This document shows, in pieces, positions 14,490 through 37,173 of a stretch of DNA of 64,000 nucleotides. Location: contig CM022679.1 in assembly GCA_012295275.1 (NCBI GenBank), positions 12,896,001 to 12,960,000 on the forward strand. Reading direction: 5' to 3'. The DNA comes from Chrysomallon squamiferum (Eukaryota > Animalia > Mollusca). The position numbers were made by a program, and so were the translations under genes. The notes under the pieces are model-generated. The model was given only the letters and a program-made list of their open reading frames with translations, made no database searches and was not told where the DNA came from. Numbering within the stretch: position 1 is the stretch's first letter; each line of letters opens with the position of its first letter.

Positions 14490-17400
14490 GTATTATTATT
14501 ATTGTTGTTAATTTTTTGTTGCTTCCTTGTTTTATTGTTAAAGTATTTTAATTCTTTTTTTTGTTTATTTTGTTTTAATTTTTTTTAAGTTGTTTTAAAT
14601 TTTTTCTTGGTTTCTTTATTTAATACTCTAATACTTTTCAACAAAACCAGTACAAATACAGGATTCGTATTATCGCGTAATTTACTTTTTTCTTCCTCGA
14701 ATTTTATTTAATTCCTATTCACTTTAGATACAAATGGTACGTTTCCCTCGACTATCATTTATCAGATGGGACAGCTGATAAACAGATTCTGGACATGACT
14801 GACGGTATGTTTATTAAAATTAAAGCCTGGAGCAAATAATTAAACAGTTCCAGTCTGTGTTCGCAGGCTGAGATGCTGAAATGCAAAGGAAAAAAGAATG
14901 TGTGGGAAAATATTTTCTTTTATTGACTATGGATAAATGGTAGAAAAAAAAATCCGTTTTAAACGATCAAACTTAAATACATGTTGTTCATTTATTTTTG
15001 GAATGGAATTATGAAAGAATATATAGTGAAATTAACTCAAGGTTTTATACATTTTTGTATTTTTATAATTTTGGTTTGGTTACTGTATTGTTATTGTTTT
15101 GTTGTTTGTTTTCTTTTTTTCGTTCGTTATTTATTTATTTATTTAAATGCATTAAATTTTTAAATATAGACATTTCTGCCATTATTAGTTAATTTGTTTG
15201 ATTACTTGACAGCTACTTTTCAAATACCATTCGACATGAGCGCTGAAAACAACTGGGTTAAATTTAATACAAATCAAACCGGTTTCTATAGAGTTCTCTA
15301 CCCTGATGCAATATGGCGAAGATTTGCTAATATTCTCAAAACAACAAATCCTGATGTATGTTTATTTTATTTTTTTATTTTTTTCTTAATATTATAATAA
15401 TAATTTTAAAAAATTAATAAAAAATTATGTATTTAGACGATAATAATAAAAGCATATTAAAGAAAATATAAAAAAAATAATAATAAAAAAAATAAATAAA
15501 TAAAATAATTTCCTGATTTGAAGAAAATGATAATACTAACAACAAAGAAGAACCAAACATGAATACAAACATCAGCAAATCAACAACATCCATCAAACTG
15601 AATATCTTTTAGTTATTTATATTTTAAAATTTATTTAACATTGTTTGAAAGAAGAACTACTAATTAATTTTAATATACAACAGATTTATTAACTAATATT
15701 TCATTTTTACTATAATTTATTTTCTCTTTTTCAGACGTGGAGGCTGTCTCCAAGCGACCGTTCGGGTTTGATTGACGACGCTTTCAACTTGGCACGTGGT
15801 GGTCTCCTTGGATACGACGTAGCTCTGGAAATGACGTCATATCTAGATAAAGAAACCAATCACATACCGTGGAAGAGTGGATACAATGGGATGAAATACA
15901 TCAGTAATATGTTTGAATTTGGTGCTGACTTTGGACTCTGGCGGGTACAGTTATTTTACTAGCAGGAATATTTGTCTTTCGACTTTACAATTCAGTGTCT
16001 GGGATATAAAATTACAAATAGAGCAGCCCCTATAATACGAGTGTTACACTTAAAACCAGTTGTAATGAATAACTTTATACAGGCTGTTAGAAATGGATTT
16101 TGTTTTGTCCCACAAATTTGACGTCGGAATTAAGTAACCATTATATTAAGTGAAGATCATTTCCTTGTTCATTCCACTTACCCTCATTTGATTTATCTGT
16201 TTCCAGTTTGTGGATAGGTACGTTTAAACAGAGTAGCCCATAAATTCAAAATATGTTGAATTTGACGTTGAATATAATTTTTTCCTTTTTAAATAATTCT
16301 TCAAACAGTCGTTTTTTTATGTATTTTGAACGTGTAAGTACATTTTCCGTTCCTGTTTTTGTTAGTGTATATATTTTTTTTTATTGTTTCTGAATGCAAG
16401 AGTTTCTGTTTTCCTTTGCATTACCAAGTGTGTTTTTATTATTGCTAGTGAATATAACAGTATGTGTTTCGCCTATGTTGTGTTTTTAAAAAGATAATTT
16501 TGTGTATATGTTTATTTAAATGTTAAATAATAACATACCTGTTGGTAATATTTTATTTTACGTTCGTTTTAGAAACATGTTTTAAATAAAGTTAAGCCAG
16601 CTCTAGATAGGATTGGTTGGGACGACACCGGAACACATCTTCAGAAGTAAGTACTGCCATTATCAGAATGTGTTCTGTTTTTATTAGTTGTGTTATCGCG
16701 ATATCCCGTGTCCTCCTGTTGGATGATTCTCCACTGGCTTATCAAGGACTGTACATTCCTGTCTACAAAAAGCATATATAAAATAAAACTTGCTTGTTTT
16801 ATAGCTCATAGCATCGTGTTTTTTCTCCTAATACCTATGTGGTCCTTAATTACATATATAATAATGCTATATAACTATATTTGGTATTTAAAATGATTTT
16901 GGTCGTTCCTTAATATTTTATTATTTTCTAAATGAGTTTGATATATGTCTGTGTGTGTGTGTGTTTAACATACTAAATACAAATTTAAAACCTGAAGAAG
17001 GATCCTTATTTAAAAATGTATCAGATAATATATATCGTTTCTTGCATTTAATTTACTGATATTTCTTCTATTTCGTTTACTTTTAAATTTTGATACAATT
17101 GTTGACCTTGTGCACATTTTTATTATTATTATTTTCTTTTTTGATAATATATATATTTTACAAAAATTCAGATTAATGCGAAGTAATCTTATTAGTTTGG
17201 CCTGTGACCACGGTGACATCAACTGCCTCAACAACGCGTCCACGAGATTTAGAAACTGGCTGGATGACGGTACAACGTAAGTAACTCATTAAACTGACAC
17301 CAGTGACAACAGCAATCTCAGTTTCTCATTAACTTTAATCCTGTGCAAAATTTCTGTTCATATACTGACGTTACTTCCTTCACCGTCGTAAATTTACTAT

Positions 17401-19949
17401 AATGGTCAACGATATCCAAAACCATCAATTTGAAATTAAGGTCATGCAGTGATTATTTCATTACATTAAAAAAATATATATATTTTGCTGTTGTATTAAA
17501 AATAAAGGAATATATTTTGTTTAAAAATGTTAAAGCGATGGGCTGATAATTCAAATTGTCAAGAAATGCTAATGATCTATTTGCATTTTCATTGGTGTCC
17601 AAGTCTTTAAGATATCAGATAAAACTTACTTTCAGAGTAATAATTAAAATAAATTATATTAATGTTTCGGAAATTTCATATTGTTCTTATTAAAAAATAT
17701 TGAATGCAATACGCATTTTTAATCAACTTAATTTTTTATTATAATTTGAGAGTTTCTTTCTTTCTTTCTTTTTTCTTTCTTTCTTTCGTCTTCTTCTTCT
17801 CCTTATTATTATTATTATTATTATTATTACTTAAATATAATAACATTATTATAGGTATGATTGCGAAAACGCTGAATCTTACTCTGGCAAACGTTTTACT
17901 ATATGAAATCACATTTCATCAGATCCACACGTTTCCATTTGGATTCGCTTAAACAATTCACGAGCATAAAAATGGATAATCATTCAAACGGTCAATTACA
18001 TTATAGCTACGACTCTTTTTTTCATTTTAAACATAAACGAGTTTTTGTATATAAACCAGTCATACGTAGTAATAAGATTCTTGTTCCAGGATTCCTCCGA
18101 ATCTGCGTTCAGAAGTGTACAAGTTTGGCATGATGAGAGACGGGACAGCTCAAGACTGGGACGCTGTGTGGAACAAGTACAAGACAGAGACAGTTCCGCA
18201 AGAGAGAATCAAACTTCTCTTCTGTCTCTCTCAGACTCGGTCTGTGTGGCTGCTGTCGAGGTAAGATTCACAGAATTAAGTTAGAGTAATAAACACTGTA
18301 TCTGTTTGTAAGAAAGAAACAATACTTTTCATATTAAGGTAACGATTTGTGAGATTATATGCATTTATCTGCTAATGTGCCTCTTTGTACGTGTGTGTTT
18401 GTACGTACGTACGATTGTAAGTGTTAAATACGCTTATGTGTGTATGTATGTGTGTGTGTGTGAGTGTTTGCGTGTACGTGTACAAGTTTGTACATTTGTA
18501 TTTATAAATTTGTATATTTGTCTGATTGAATTTATCTGATTGTATGTAAATATGTATGTTTGTATGAATATATGTGTATGTATGCAGTACGTATCTAAGT
18601 ATGTATATATGTATATGTATATATATGTATGTAAGTATATATGTATGTATGTATGTATATAGTGTATATATGCGTGCGTGTATGTTGTTCTATTAAGAAA
18701 ACCTTCGGTACATAACAGTCTGATGCCAGTGAAATAAAGACAACTACTTGTATCTCTGTAGATATCTGATGTACACTGATGACGAATCTAAGATCAGAAG
18801 TCAGGATATTTGGACAGTAATAAATTATATTAGTACTAATCCTGTAGGAAAACCACTGGTCTGGAACTGGGCGAGAGAAAACTGGACTAAACTTGTTAAC
18901 AGGTAAAGACAGACAAATCTGGTAGAAGTAATGGCAAATACCTTTTGGTACATACAATACGAATGTCATAAGAATAAGGCGTAAATAATTTAATAACGAA
19001 AGAAATATCTTTCATGGTTTTACTAAGATTTGTTGAGTTCTTGTTTCAGTATATATTTGCTCAGCAATGAAAGAAAAAATGTTGTAGAGATTCTTAGTTT
19101 ACTATTTTACTATTATTTTAATATATAAAATCAATAACTATTATATTATATTTTCTCAGGCAAAATGAAATTTAATTTATCTCGAAAGTAATAAATGGAA
19201 CTTCCAATGTATCGAATGCCTTGGATATGCTCATTTTTATATTATTGTTATTATTATAAATCATCACCACAGTCATTGATATTAACATCATTATATTTTT
19301 AAAATTATTGTGGGTGTTTCTGAAAACTAAAAATAATCGTAACAGAAAAAGATAATTTCTCTGTAATGACGTTATAATAATTCAAAATCAAGACGTTTCT
19401 GCAATTATGAAAGATCCATTACTCATTATTCTGAGCTTAGGATGAAATAAATTAGAATTATATTGGTTATAAAAATCTTTATGTTATTTCTTATATATTT
19501 TCAGATTCACTTTGTTTTCTCGAGCCTTTGGTCGAATGATTCCGAAAATTGTCGAGACGTTTAACACGAATCTCAAATTACAAGAGGTGACGTTATGTAA
19601 CTGTTATACATGTCAATAGATTTGTTTATTCTTTAGTGTCAATTCTTTCATACGTCTGTTCTCGTTAATTTCAATCTTTACACGTTTGTAAAGTAGGTAA
19701 AATTGCAAAATCAACAGTTAAAGGAAATTTATAACGTTGTATTATGTTATAAACAAATGTAAAATTTATCGGTTTTTATTATGTGATGTCGTAACTGGTT
19801 TTGTTATCGATTAGTGACTGTGCTTAAAGGCCAAAATAATTAATAAAACTCTGAAAAACAATTACATTGTGCTTTTCAAAAGAAAATAATTCTACTACCA
19901 GAGTCGTTTTTAAGATATACCCATTCACATTAAGTAATATTTTAAAAAG

Positions 19950-20007
<58 letters not shown>

Positions 20008-20167
20008 AGTTTCGTAATTTCAGGTAGAAGATTTCTTTCAGAAATATCCGGAAGCTGGTTCGGGCGCTAGGGGGCGCTTACAAGCAATTGAGAACATTAA
20101 GCGAAATATTAACTGGATGAAAAACAACGAAAAGACAATAACTGACTGGCTAATGATTAATACTTAA
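6661..20167 (+). CDS. ENPEP: M1-family membrane zinc aminopeptidase, glutamyl aminopeptidase (aminopeptidase A)-like; 19 coding exons, ~945 aa; two single-base frameshifts in this assembly
   Basis: Exons: 6661-7235, 7411-7560, 8436-8564, 9205-9325, 9759-9913, 10436-10549, 10952-11087, 12405-12470, 12861-12926, 13957-14135, 14728-14804, 15213-15355, 15735-15944, 16573-16646, 17172-17276, 18090-18260, 18762-18902, 19505-19586, 20024-20167(TAA); all GT..AG. N-terminal signal-anchor ([21 protein letters not shown]), [80 protein letters not shown] (HEXXH-X18-E), [21 protein letters not shown]-terminal [26 protein letters not shown] resembling aminopeptidase A. Phase breaks at ~7544-7547 and ~11034-11037. 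Confidence 0.9.
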
Positions 20168-20173
20168 TTATCA

Positions 20174-20225
<52 letters not shown>

Positions 20226-20684
20226 TACACACACATACATGCACACACACACGCACACACACATTATATACACACACATATATATATATACGAAAATAGA
20301 ATAGAAACCATTCATTTGTGAGTCGAATTATTATACAAATTGTTAGTTTAATTTTTTTTTTTATATTTAAATTGTACAGAGTATTTTAGATAGTTTAAAA
20401 TTGTTCAGTTTTTAGACTGTATATGTGAATTAAACTGTTTATTAGAATACGGTTTTATTATGTATGTATATCCTGTTGTGCTGTGTAATATAAACAGATA
20501 TTCGGAACACTTTGAAAGTATCTACTTAACTGTACTTTATGTATACCCGTTGAATGCATTTGTATCTGATGTATTAATAAATGGAAGGTCTAGTAAATTA
20601 GATAGTGACAAAATACTCTGTCTAAACAAAGTTTATATAATCATATAAACATAGACTGACTTTTGTTTTACACAACTTTCATGA

Positions 20685-20690
20685 AATAAA
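20685..20690 (+). terminator. Candidate polyadenylation signal AATAAA for the aminopeptidase gene
   Basis: AATAAA ~520 nt downstream of the TAA at 20167; other AATAAA hexamers exist nearby, so usage is unproven. Confidence 0.35.
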
Positions 20691-20725
20691 CGTAGAAAAC
20701 AAAACTGTATAATTTAACATACAAA

Positions 20726-20731
20726 TTTATT
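20726..20731 (-). terminator. Candidate polyadenylation signal AATAAA for IR-1
   Basis: TTTATT on + (AATAAA on -) ~360 nt downstream of the IR-1 TGA at 21092. Confidence 0.3.
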
Positions 20732-21091
20732 AATAATTCTTCGTTTCTGAGCTCTGTTTATACATCGATTAAACTGAAGAATATTTGAACAGTTTTATGA
20801 TTTATGATTAACCGTTTTACAAATATTATGAATTTATGATTAACACTTTTACAATAACATGAATAGGGTAAAAAAAAAATGGTTAGAATAATCTAACTTA
20901 AAAAATTGGAAAACAAAATAAACGTACAAACAGACAGACTAACAAACGGACATTATAAAACTACTGTACGCAATGGGATGAAGGAGTAGGTGATTTATAT
21001 ACATGTGTATAGTTATATATATATATTTTATATATATTTGTATTTACATGTTAGAAAAATCGTATTCTCCTGACAACTATTGACAATTATA

Positions 21092-29853
<8,762 letters not shown>

Positions 29854-30595
29854 CCGGACACCGTTTTGCAACAGCTTACATGCATCGCAGACACACTTCA
29901 GCCGTCGAATAGCGACTACAGGGACAGCATTCCAGACAACGTCACAAGCTCCAACGCGAATTGTTTATGTCTGGATTTTTTTTTTTTTTTTTTTCAAATC
30001 TGATATTTTTGTTGAATGTACCAAGCTGGATGTCAAGAAGGATAAAATGAAAAAGAAATTCTAATGCACTAAAAGATTTTCACATAAATTTATATATATA
30101 TATCTCGGTGTCATTTCCTGTTCAGAACTACAGGTTGCTTGTTTTCCAGAAAATATCAATGGAGGAATGACTACAAGATAGTCAATATTTGCATCTGACC
30201 GACGCCACCCTGAGTACTCGCCAATTCCGTGAAGTTTGCTCTTGTCGTGTTTTCGTTAAAGCACTGAGTTAGGAAATCAATGAAACTGAATAGCCCACCT
30301 TGTTAGCAAGGTGGTGAAAAAAAAAAAATTAAAAAATAATAATAACAGAGAAAAGTGTTCGTGGCGTCAAAATTAATATGAGCTGTCGTGACAGAAGAAA
30401 TTGTCTGACATTTCTGATGGGTTTTAGTTTTTTTGTGAACGAGAAATGAAGTGAAAGAAAAAAAAAGTAAAAAACAAATGATAAAAGGAATGCTAAGATA
30501 ATACTGTAAAGGAAAAAAAAAAAGACGAATGGAGAAAGAGAGGAAGAAAACAAGAGAGACAAAGATTAAGGCAGAGTTTCACAGAGCGAAAGATC

Positions 30596-30758
<163 letters not shown>

Positions 30759-32009
30759 ATCAGAGAGAAAGAAAGAAAAAGGGAGGGAGGGAGAAGTGGC
30801 GAAAGAGATGAATAATGTTATGATAATTATTATTAATTTTTTTTTTTTTTTTAATGTTTTTAATAAGTTATCGAGCTGGGAATTATTTTCTTAATGCTTC
30901 ATAAATCATCAATTTATAGTTTGTTTTTCTTTGTAATAAAAACAGAGACCATTTGTTTGTGATCAAATCGATAATTATTTTGAAACCATTTTCTTTTTAT
31001 ATAGTCACAGGTAAGGTGATTCGGTGCATCAACTAAATGTGAGTTCATAAAAAATAACAAATGAAAATGTTTAGACAGTTACTCATTTTTTTTTCTCGTC
31101 ACTCCAATATAAACTTATATTCAGAAGCACATTATTTTTGTCGCGATCTCGAATAGGATTTCTACCATCATGTTTCTCTTCATTTTTTTCCATTCTTTAT
31201 TTCTACTGAGTTACATACGTTCTTATTCACAAAGTAAATCTCGCGCCTTATATTTTGTTTTATAACAAAAAAATTAATTCTCTCCTTGGGAATCGACTGT
31301 CGTATTTTCCAATACGTTTTTTTTTTATGAACAATTTCCAATTTATTTATTCATAGAAATCACAGCCCCGGGGGGGTATAAAAGCAATTCAGGTGTGTTC
31401 TGACAATATTAAACAGCGAAATATGATTTTTTTGGTCGAAGATAATATTGATATACCATTCACAATGTTTGACTTTGCCGTCCCGTTGTACTATATAGGA
31501 TTTTGTCTACGCTGGATGCCAAGATACAGTATGTGTTGTTATAACTAATGTAATTATTTGTATTTAGTCCTCTTACATGATTTCTGTACTTTGTTAAGCT
31601 TTATTTTTATTCTACAGTGAATACCACGATAGACAAAGTGTTGATACAAGCAGTGTAATTATTTGTATTAAGTCCTATCAAATGATTTCTCTTTCTGATA
31701 AAGGAGATGTTGAAACATTACTCTCTGTATTGACATTTAGTAAACAGATGTAGAGTTCGCACAACTCAAACTTGTGCTTACTAATTGTTGGTCGTTTGTC
31801 CAGCTGTGTGTGTGTGTTCGTGTTAAACAAAGTAGATGGTTATTCTATAATGATAGTTGTATTTAGCACGAAAGAATATATGGCGATGTATGTATGTATT
31901 TATGTATGTATCTCTGTATGTATGTATGCATGTATATATGTATGTAGTTTAGGATTTTGAATATTCTCAGTCATATGTACGTCTGATTAGACTTTGCACG
32001 TAGACAATA

Positions 32010-32130
32010 TTCGGGAACACACCGGCGCAGGAAGACAAAGTCCAATCACGACCTCACAAACCCGTCGGATGCCGCTGACGAGACTCGAACGTATGGAAAG
32101 CGGACGATGTTACTGTTCAGCCACCGAGAC
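32010..32130 (-). mobile_element. tRNA-derived SINE-like head (Pol III A and B boxes)
   Basis: The minus strand reads GTCTCGGTGGCTGAACAGTAA…CGTTCGAGTCTCGTC: A-box-like TGGCTGAACAG (32123-32113) and B-box GTTCGAGTC (32090-32082) in a GC-rich island beside an (ATGT)n tract. No full cloverleaf, so not called a tRNA. Confidence 0.5.
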
Positions 32131-32134
32131 AACA

Positions 32135-32165
<31 letters not shown>

Positions 32166-33048
32166 TGTATGTATGTATGTATGTATGTATGTATGTGTGT
32201 GTGTGTGTATGTATATGTGTATGTGTGTATATATGTATGTATGTATGTATGTATGTGTATGTGTGTGTATGTATGTATGTATGTATATGTATGTGTGTAT
32301 GTGTGTATACGTGTAAGTGTGTATGTGTGTGTATGTATGTATACTAACGCAAACAAAGATAAGGAGTTCCATAATAAGTGAAACAAAACTGAGTTTCTTT
32401 ATAATGAAAAACAGAGAAGCAAACAACAGTAACAACAGAAAGAAAGAAAGAAAGGAAAAGGACACGTAGCCCTGATAAAATGATTTGAAATTAAATGTTT
32501 GTTGTTGTTTTATTTTCAATTTGTCTCTTTTCAAACGTTCAAGACTGATTTAAGAAATTCTTAAAACTTCTTTGTCACGATATTTCAGTTAAACATAGAC
32601 AGATTACAAGTACATTTGTTCTTCGTTTTCCTTTTATGCAAATATTGTGACAAAGTAGAATCCAAGGACACGAAGTGTTGACGTCATTTAATTGAACGTG
32701 GTTGTCATGATGTCTCTTTGATCAGCGGCACTTCTCGGTGATTGCACACGCTGAAGCAGTCTCATTGTAAACAGGATAATGGAAAAAAACAGCTTTCTTT
32801 TCATTCTCCGCTTTAATTAGACAACATTTCTCTCGTCTGTCATCTTTTGTTTGTGCTAAAAAAGCTTTCAAAAAAACGAAATAAGTATCTTATAACAGAG
32901 ATTAAAACAAGCCATTTATTTGTTTGTACGTTCGTACAAGAATGATTTCTCTTTGTTTTTGTGATTAATGGAAGTGTTTGAGTCTCTGTACCCCGCAGAT
33001 TGTTCGTTTCTCAGCTGGTGGCGTGGAAAGGTAGCTAAGTGCTTGAAA

Positions 33049-33370
33049 CAGACCTGGGAATTTTACGGCCCCCGGGCTACATACGGCCATTTGGTTGAAT
33101 CTGACCGGCCCGTGTAAGGTTAATTGTTTACCATTGTTTTGAGAAATTTGATTGAATAAATGACTTTTTTTGTAAGGCAACTTCACTTTTTCATTCTTTA
33201 ATCATAACAGATACTCTTATCAGTCTTACCAGCTTGTCAGAACAATGCAATTTACTGCTTTTGATAAAGAAATATAATTAATATTATGCAGAATTGAGTT
33301 AAGCCTTTTGGCCGGGCCCTCAACGATATTTTGTGTTTCTCATGTGGCCCCATGGAAAAAATAATCCTAG
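33049..33370. mobile_element. Non-autonomous hAT/Charlie-type (MITE-like) DNA transposon remnant
   Basis: Begins CAGACCTGGGAA..CGGCCCCCGGGCTACATACGGCC..CCGGCCCG and ends ..GGCCGGGCCCTC..CATGTGGCCCCATGGAAAAAATAAT: GC-rich CGGCCC/GGGCCG subterminal motifs around an AT-rich middle, typical of Charlie-type MITEs. The right TIR and TSD are not cleanly visible. Confidence 0.5.
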
Positions 33371-34440
33371 ACTGTTTTTGGTTAACTACGACAACTTTTA
33401 TTACAAATATAGTTTACGTTACAAGAATTTACAATTCGCACGAGTGTATTCTGATTTTTTGGACTTGTTATTATGCTCTTGAATCAGTTTAATATAATAC
33501 GTTGAATATAATCTGTCCTTTGCATAACGTTATAAAATTATGATGGAATATGCTGCCATAGTGATATAAAAACAAATAGCATAAACAGAATACTTTGACG
33601 ATCAGAAAACAAAACCTGCGCCAGAGCGTCAACGATTAAAAATGGCGGCGCCCTCACATCCTCCAGAGAGCAATATTTTATTGTGGTAATATTTTATTAG
33701 CCGAGAGTTGCCATCGGGCACAGTCGCAATAATTAGACAGTAGAACAGGCAGCACGTTTAAGCCATGATTTTGAACACTTTAATACACAGAAAAAACCAA
33801 AATTATCCGATAGACCTTATAAATTATTATTATCATCATTATAATAATCATCATCATTGTCAAAACAATCACTGCCATTAAGATAATGGATATTAAGATT
33901 CTTCATCTTCTAATCTTTGTTGTTGTTGTTATCGTTATCGTCGCTGTTGCTGCTGTTGCTGTTGTTGTTAATATTTTGACCGTTATGCTGGTATGACGCA
34001 CACACTGAATTCGCTGAGGACGTTCGAACTTTTTTTAAGTGCGGCGCGGTGTCTCGCGGGATATGAATAATTAATCGACGGATCTGATTAATTGCTAAAT
34101 GTCAATTCATGCAGTCTGATCATGTTTGATGCCGTTTTATTAAAATATTTATTACAATAACTAAGAACATTAATTAAATTTCCTCGTTCTTTTCAGAACA
34201 AAGCGATGCATCAAATGAACACACTGACGCAGTCACCTGTAGTTCCCAGCTCACTCGAGTTAACATGAACACACAGAGACGCGAGTTACTGCAGTCATTG
34301 GCATGCAACAATTTCTCTTTATCTGTCTCTCTTTCTCTAGCTCTGCCTCTCTGTCTTTTTATCTTTCGTTATCTATCGCTACGCCTCTCCGTCTACTTGT
34401 CTGTCTTTCTGTATGGATGGATGGATTGAAAGATGGATGG

Positions 34441-34541
<101 letters not shown>

Positions 34542-35184
34542 ATACAGAAACACATTTTCAAGGCGTTTACAACTAGTCACAGACAAGTCACTTTTTTAAC
34601 CTGTTTTGCTTGTTTTGCAAAACAAATATAAGATTAATCTGATCCAAAATAATAATATTTTTTTGTTAAATTGAAATAAAAAGATATTAACAGGAAAAAC
34701 GTAAAAATATTTATTATGAACAAGCAGTTTAAATAATATAACTTGATACAGTCAAACATAATTATTTCTAGGAAAGAGAAATGTTTTAGTAAATAAAATA
34801 AAACTTTTATAAATAAATAAAATATATAAATTAGGTAAAACAAAATAATAATAAATAAAATAAAAAAATTATCTTTTTTTAAATTATATAAATAAATAAA
34901 TAAAATAATGCAAATAAAATAAAATAAAAAATATCTTCTTTTTTTAAATTATATAAATAAATAAAATAATGCAAATAAAATAAAATAAAAATATAATAAA
35001 AAAAAGTTTACTAAAATAAAATAAATAAAATGAACTTTAAAAAATACAATATTAGATTCAATGAAGTAAAATAAAATAAAATAAAACAAAATATATCAGT
35101 ATATATAAAACACATCAGTCTAGGTAACACAACAGTTCAGTATTAAAACCAAAAACCACACGTTACGCCAGTGAGTAACTGATT

Positions 35185-35644
35185 TTATTGTTTCCCGTTT
35201 GTGCTGGTTTTCTGCGGCGGTTTGGCGATGTTCTTCAGTTGTAACCAGACTCTGCGAACAGGCTTTGACCTCAGCGTGACCTCAAAGAAGAGACAGACAA
35301 ACGCGGCTCCTGCCACAGCCAGGTAGATTATAAACGGGCCGGCGAGACTGTCAAGTCCCAGAACCTTGGCGTTGCTGGTTCGATCCGAGCCGCTGCACTG
35401 GTCAGCATTTGGCCACCATTTTTGTTTCCACTTGTCCATCAGTCCAGCTTCCTGCATTTTCATGATGCTGTGGTAAAAAAAAAAAAAAAAAATGAAGATA
35501 ATATAAAAGAACTTTTAGGATTTGTTTTTATTAAATGGTCTTTTTATTTATTTTTTATTATTTTTTTTTTTAGCTGATTCTGTGTTAATAGAATAAAATA
35601 TATCATGGTATTTATGATTATCTCTATTTTGTCTCTCTCTCTCC

Positions 35645-35737
<93 letters not shown>

Positions 35738-37087
35738 AACATATACATTCATCTGAGCATATAAAGAAACACACATACTTATAAAAACACTCTCCATCAA
35801 ACACATATTCTATTTATCTGTTTCACATATTTCTTTTCTGTCTACCTCTCCATCTCTTACATTGAAAAAATACTTAATATTATTCCAAAGATCTTTTTCC
35901 TATATAAAAATGTGATTATCAGATACATTTGTTATTGTACATGCAAACATGCACCGCTCATTTAAGTTTACATTTTCATTATTGAATTAACCTTTTATTT
36001 CGCTGTCAAAAACTCCTTGAAACGAATGAAGAAAATAAACACTAAAAAAAATCATAACACACAACTGTTGCACTTAACAAATCCTAATAAATATTAATAA
36101 AGTTTTTCAACAGAAGTCTAAACGAAACAAAGACATATTAACTACGTTTGCGAAACCTCTGTATTGGTCACGAAACAAAATAATTGCTTCTTCGTTATAC
36201 TTTTCATTCTGTTAATGGCTTCGACAGCATTTTGCTTTCAACGATCAAGAACTTTTTGTTTTTGTGATTTTCGAATTCATTTATAAATTAACAGCTGCAC
36301 TTACCAACACTGATCAGATTATAGAGAAACAATTTACAAGCACTCAGTGATAATTACGTACGTGTTAATTTTGTTACAAATCTTATATTGATTGTTTTTG
36401 TTTATTTTCGGTTAGCTCTGGGAATTAAAGTTATTCCTGTTTAATGTCAGGGAATCAAAACAAAGAATTATTTTACCCATTTTTTTGATAGTGGTAATAG
36501 TTCAAATCAGTTGTCATGGGACAAATCCATAATTGTTATTTTAATCTGATTTCATCGTGAACGTCATCATCATTATAATCATCGTCATCGTCATCATTAT
36601 AAACGTCATTATTATCATTAATATAATTTCCTTCATTATTATCACTATCATCATCATCATCATTATCTTCACTATTGTCATCATCATTATCAGTATCACC
36701 GTCATCATCACTATCATCACTTTGTGACATAATGTTAATACGGTACTGTTATGATATGATAAATTGTGTGGTATGACGTCATATAAAGCATGATGCTGGA
36801 CAATTAAAAAAACATTACTGTGTTGTATGACATGATAAGATTATGGTATAGTACGCTATCGTATGATACGGTACAGTATCGTAGGAAATATTACTGCATG
36901 GTGATGCAGAATACGATACAATATTGTACTACCAAAAACAACATAGAAATTTAAGGTATAGTATATTATATTATGTTTTGTATGATATGGCACAGTGCAC
37001 TATGGTATGGGATTCTACACAATAATCCGTTATATTCATATTTTCACAGAACTTATCTTTGCTCTTCTACAGTGTTTATGATTTAGG

Positions 37088-37173
<86 letters not shown>

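Noticed and set aside
32010-32130. Possible tRNA gene
   Set aside because: A and B boxes are present but there is no complete cloverleaf or anticodon arm; treated as a SINE head.
36536-36730. Acidic Asp/Asn-rich 64-aa ORF in an IR-2 intron
   Set aside because: Degenerate (GAT)n repeat with no splice signals linking it to the gene.
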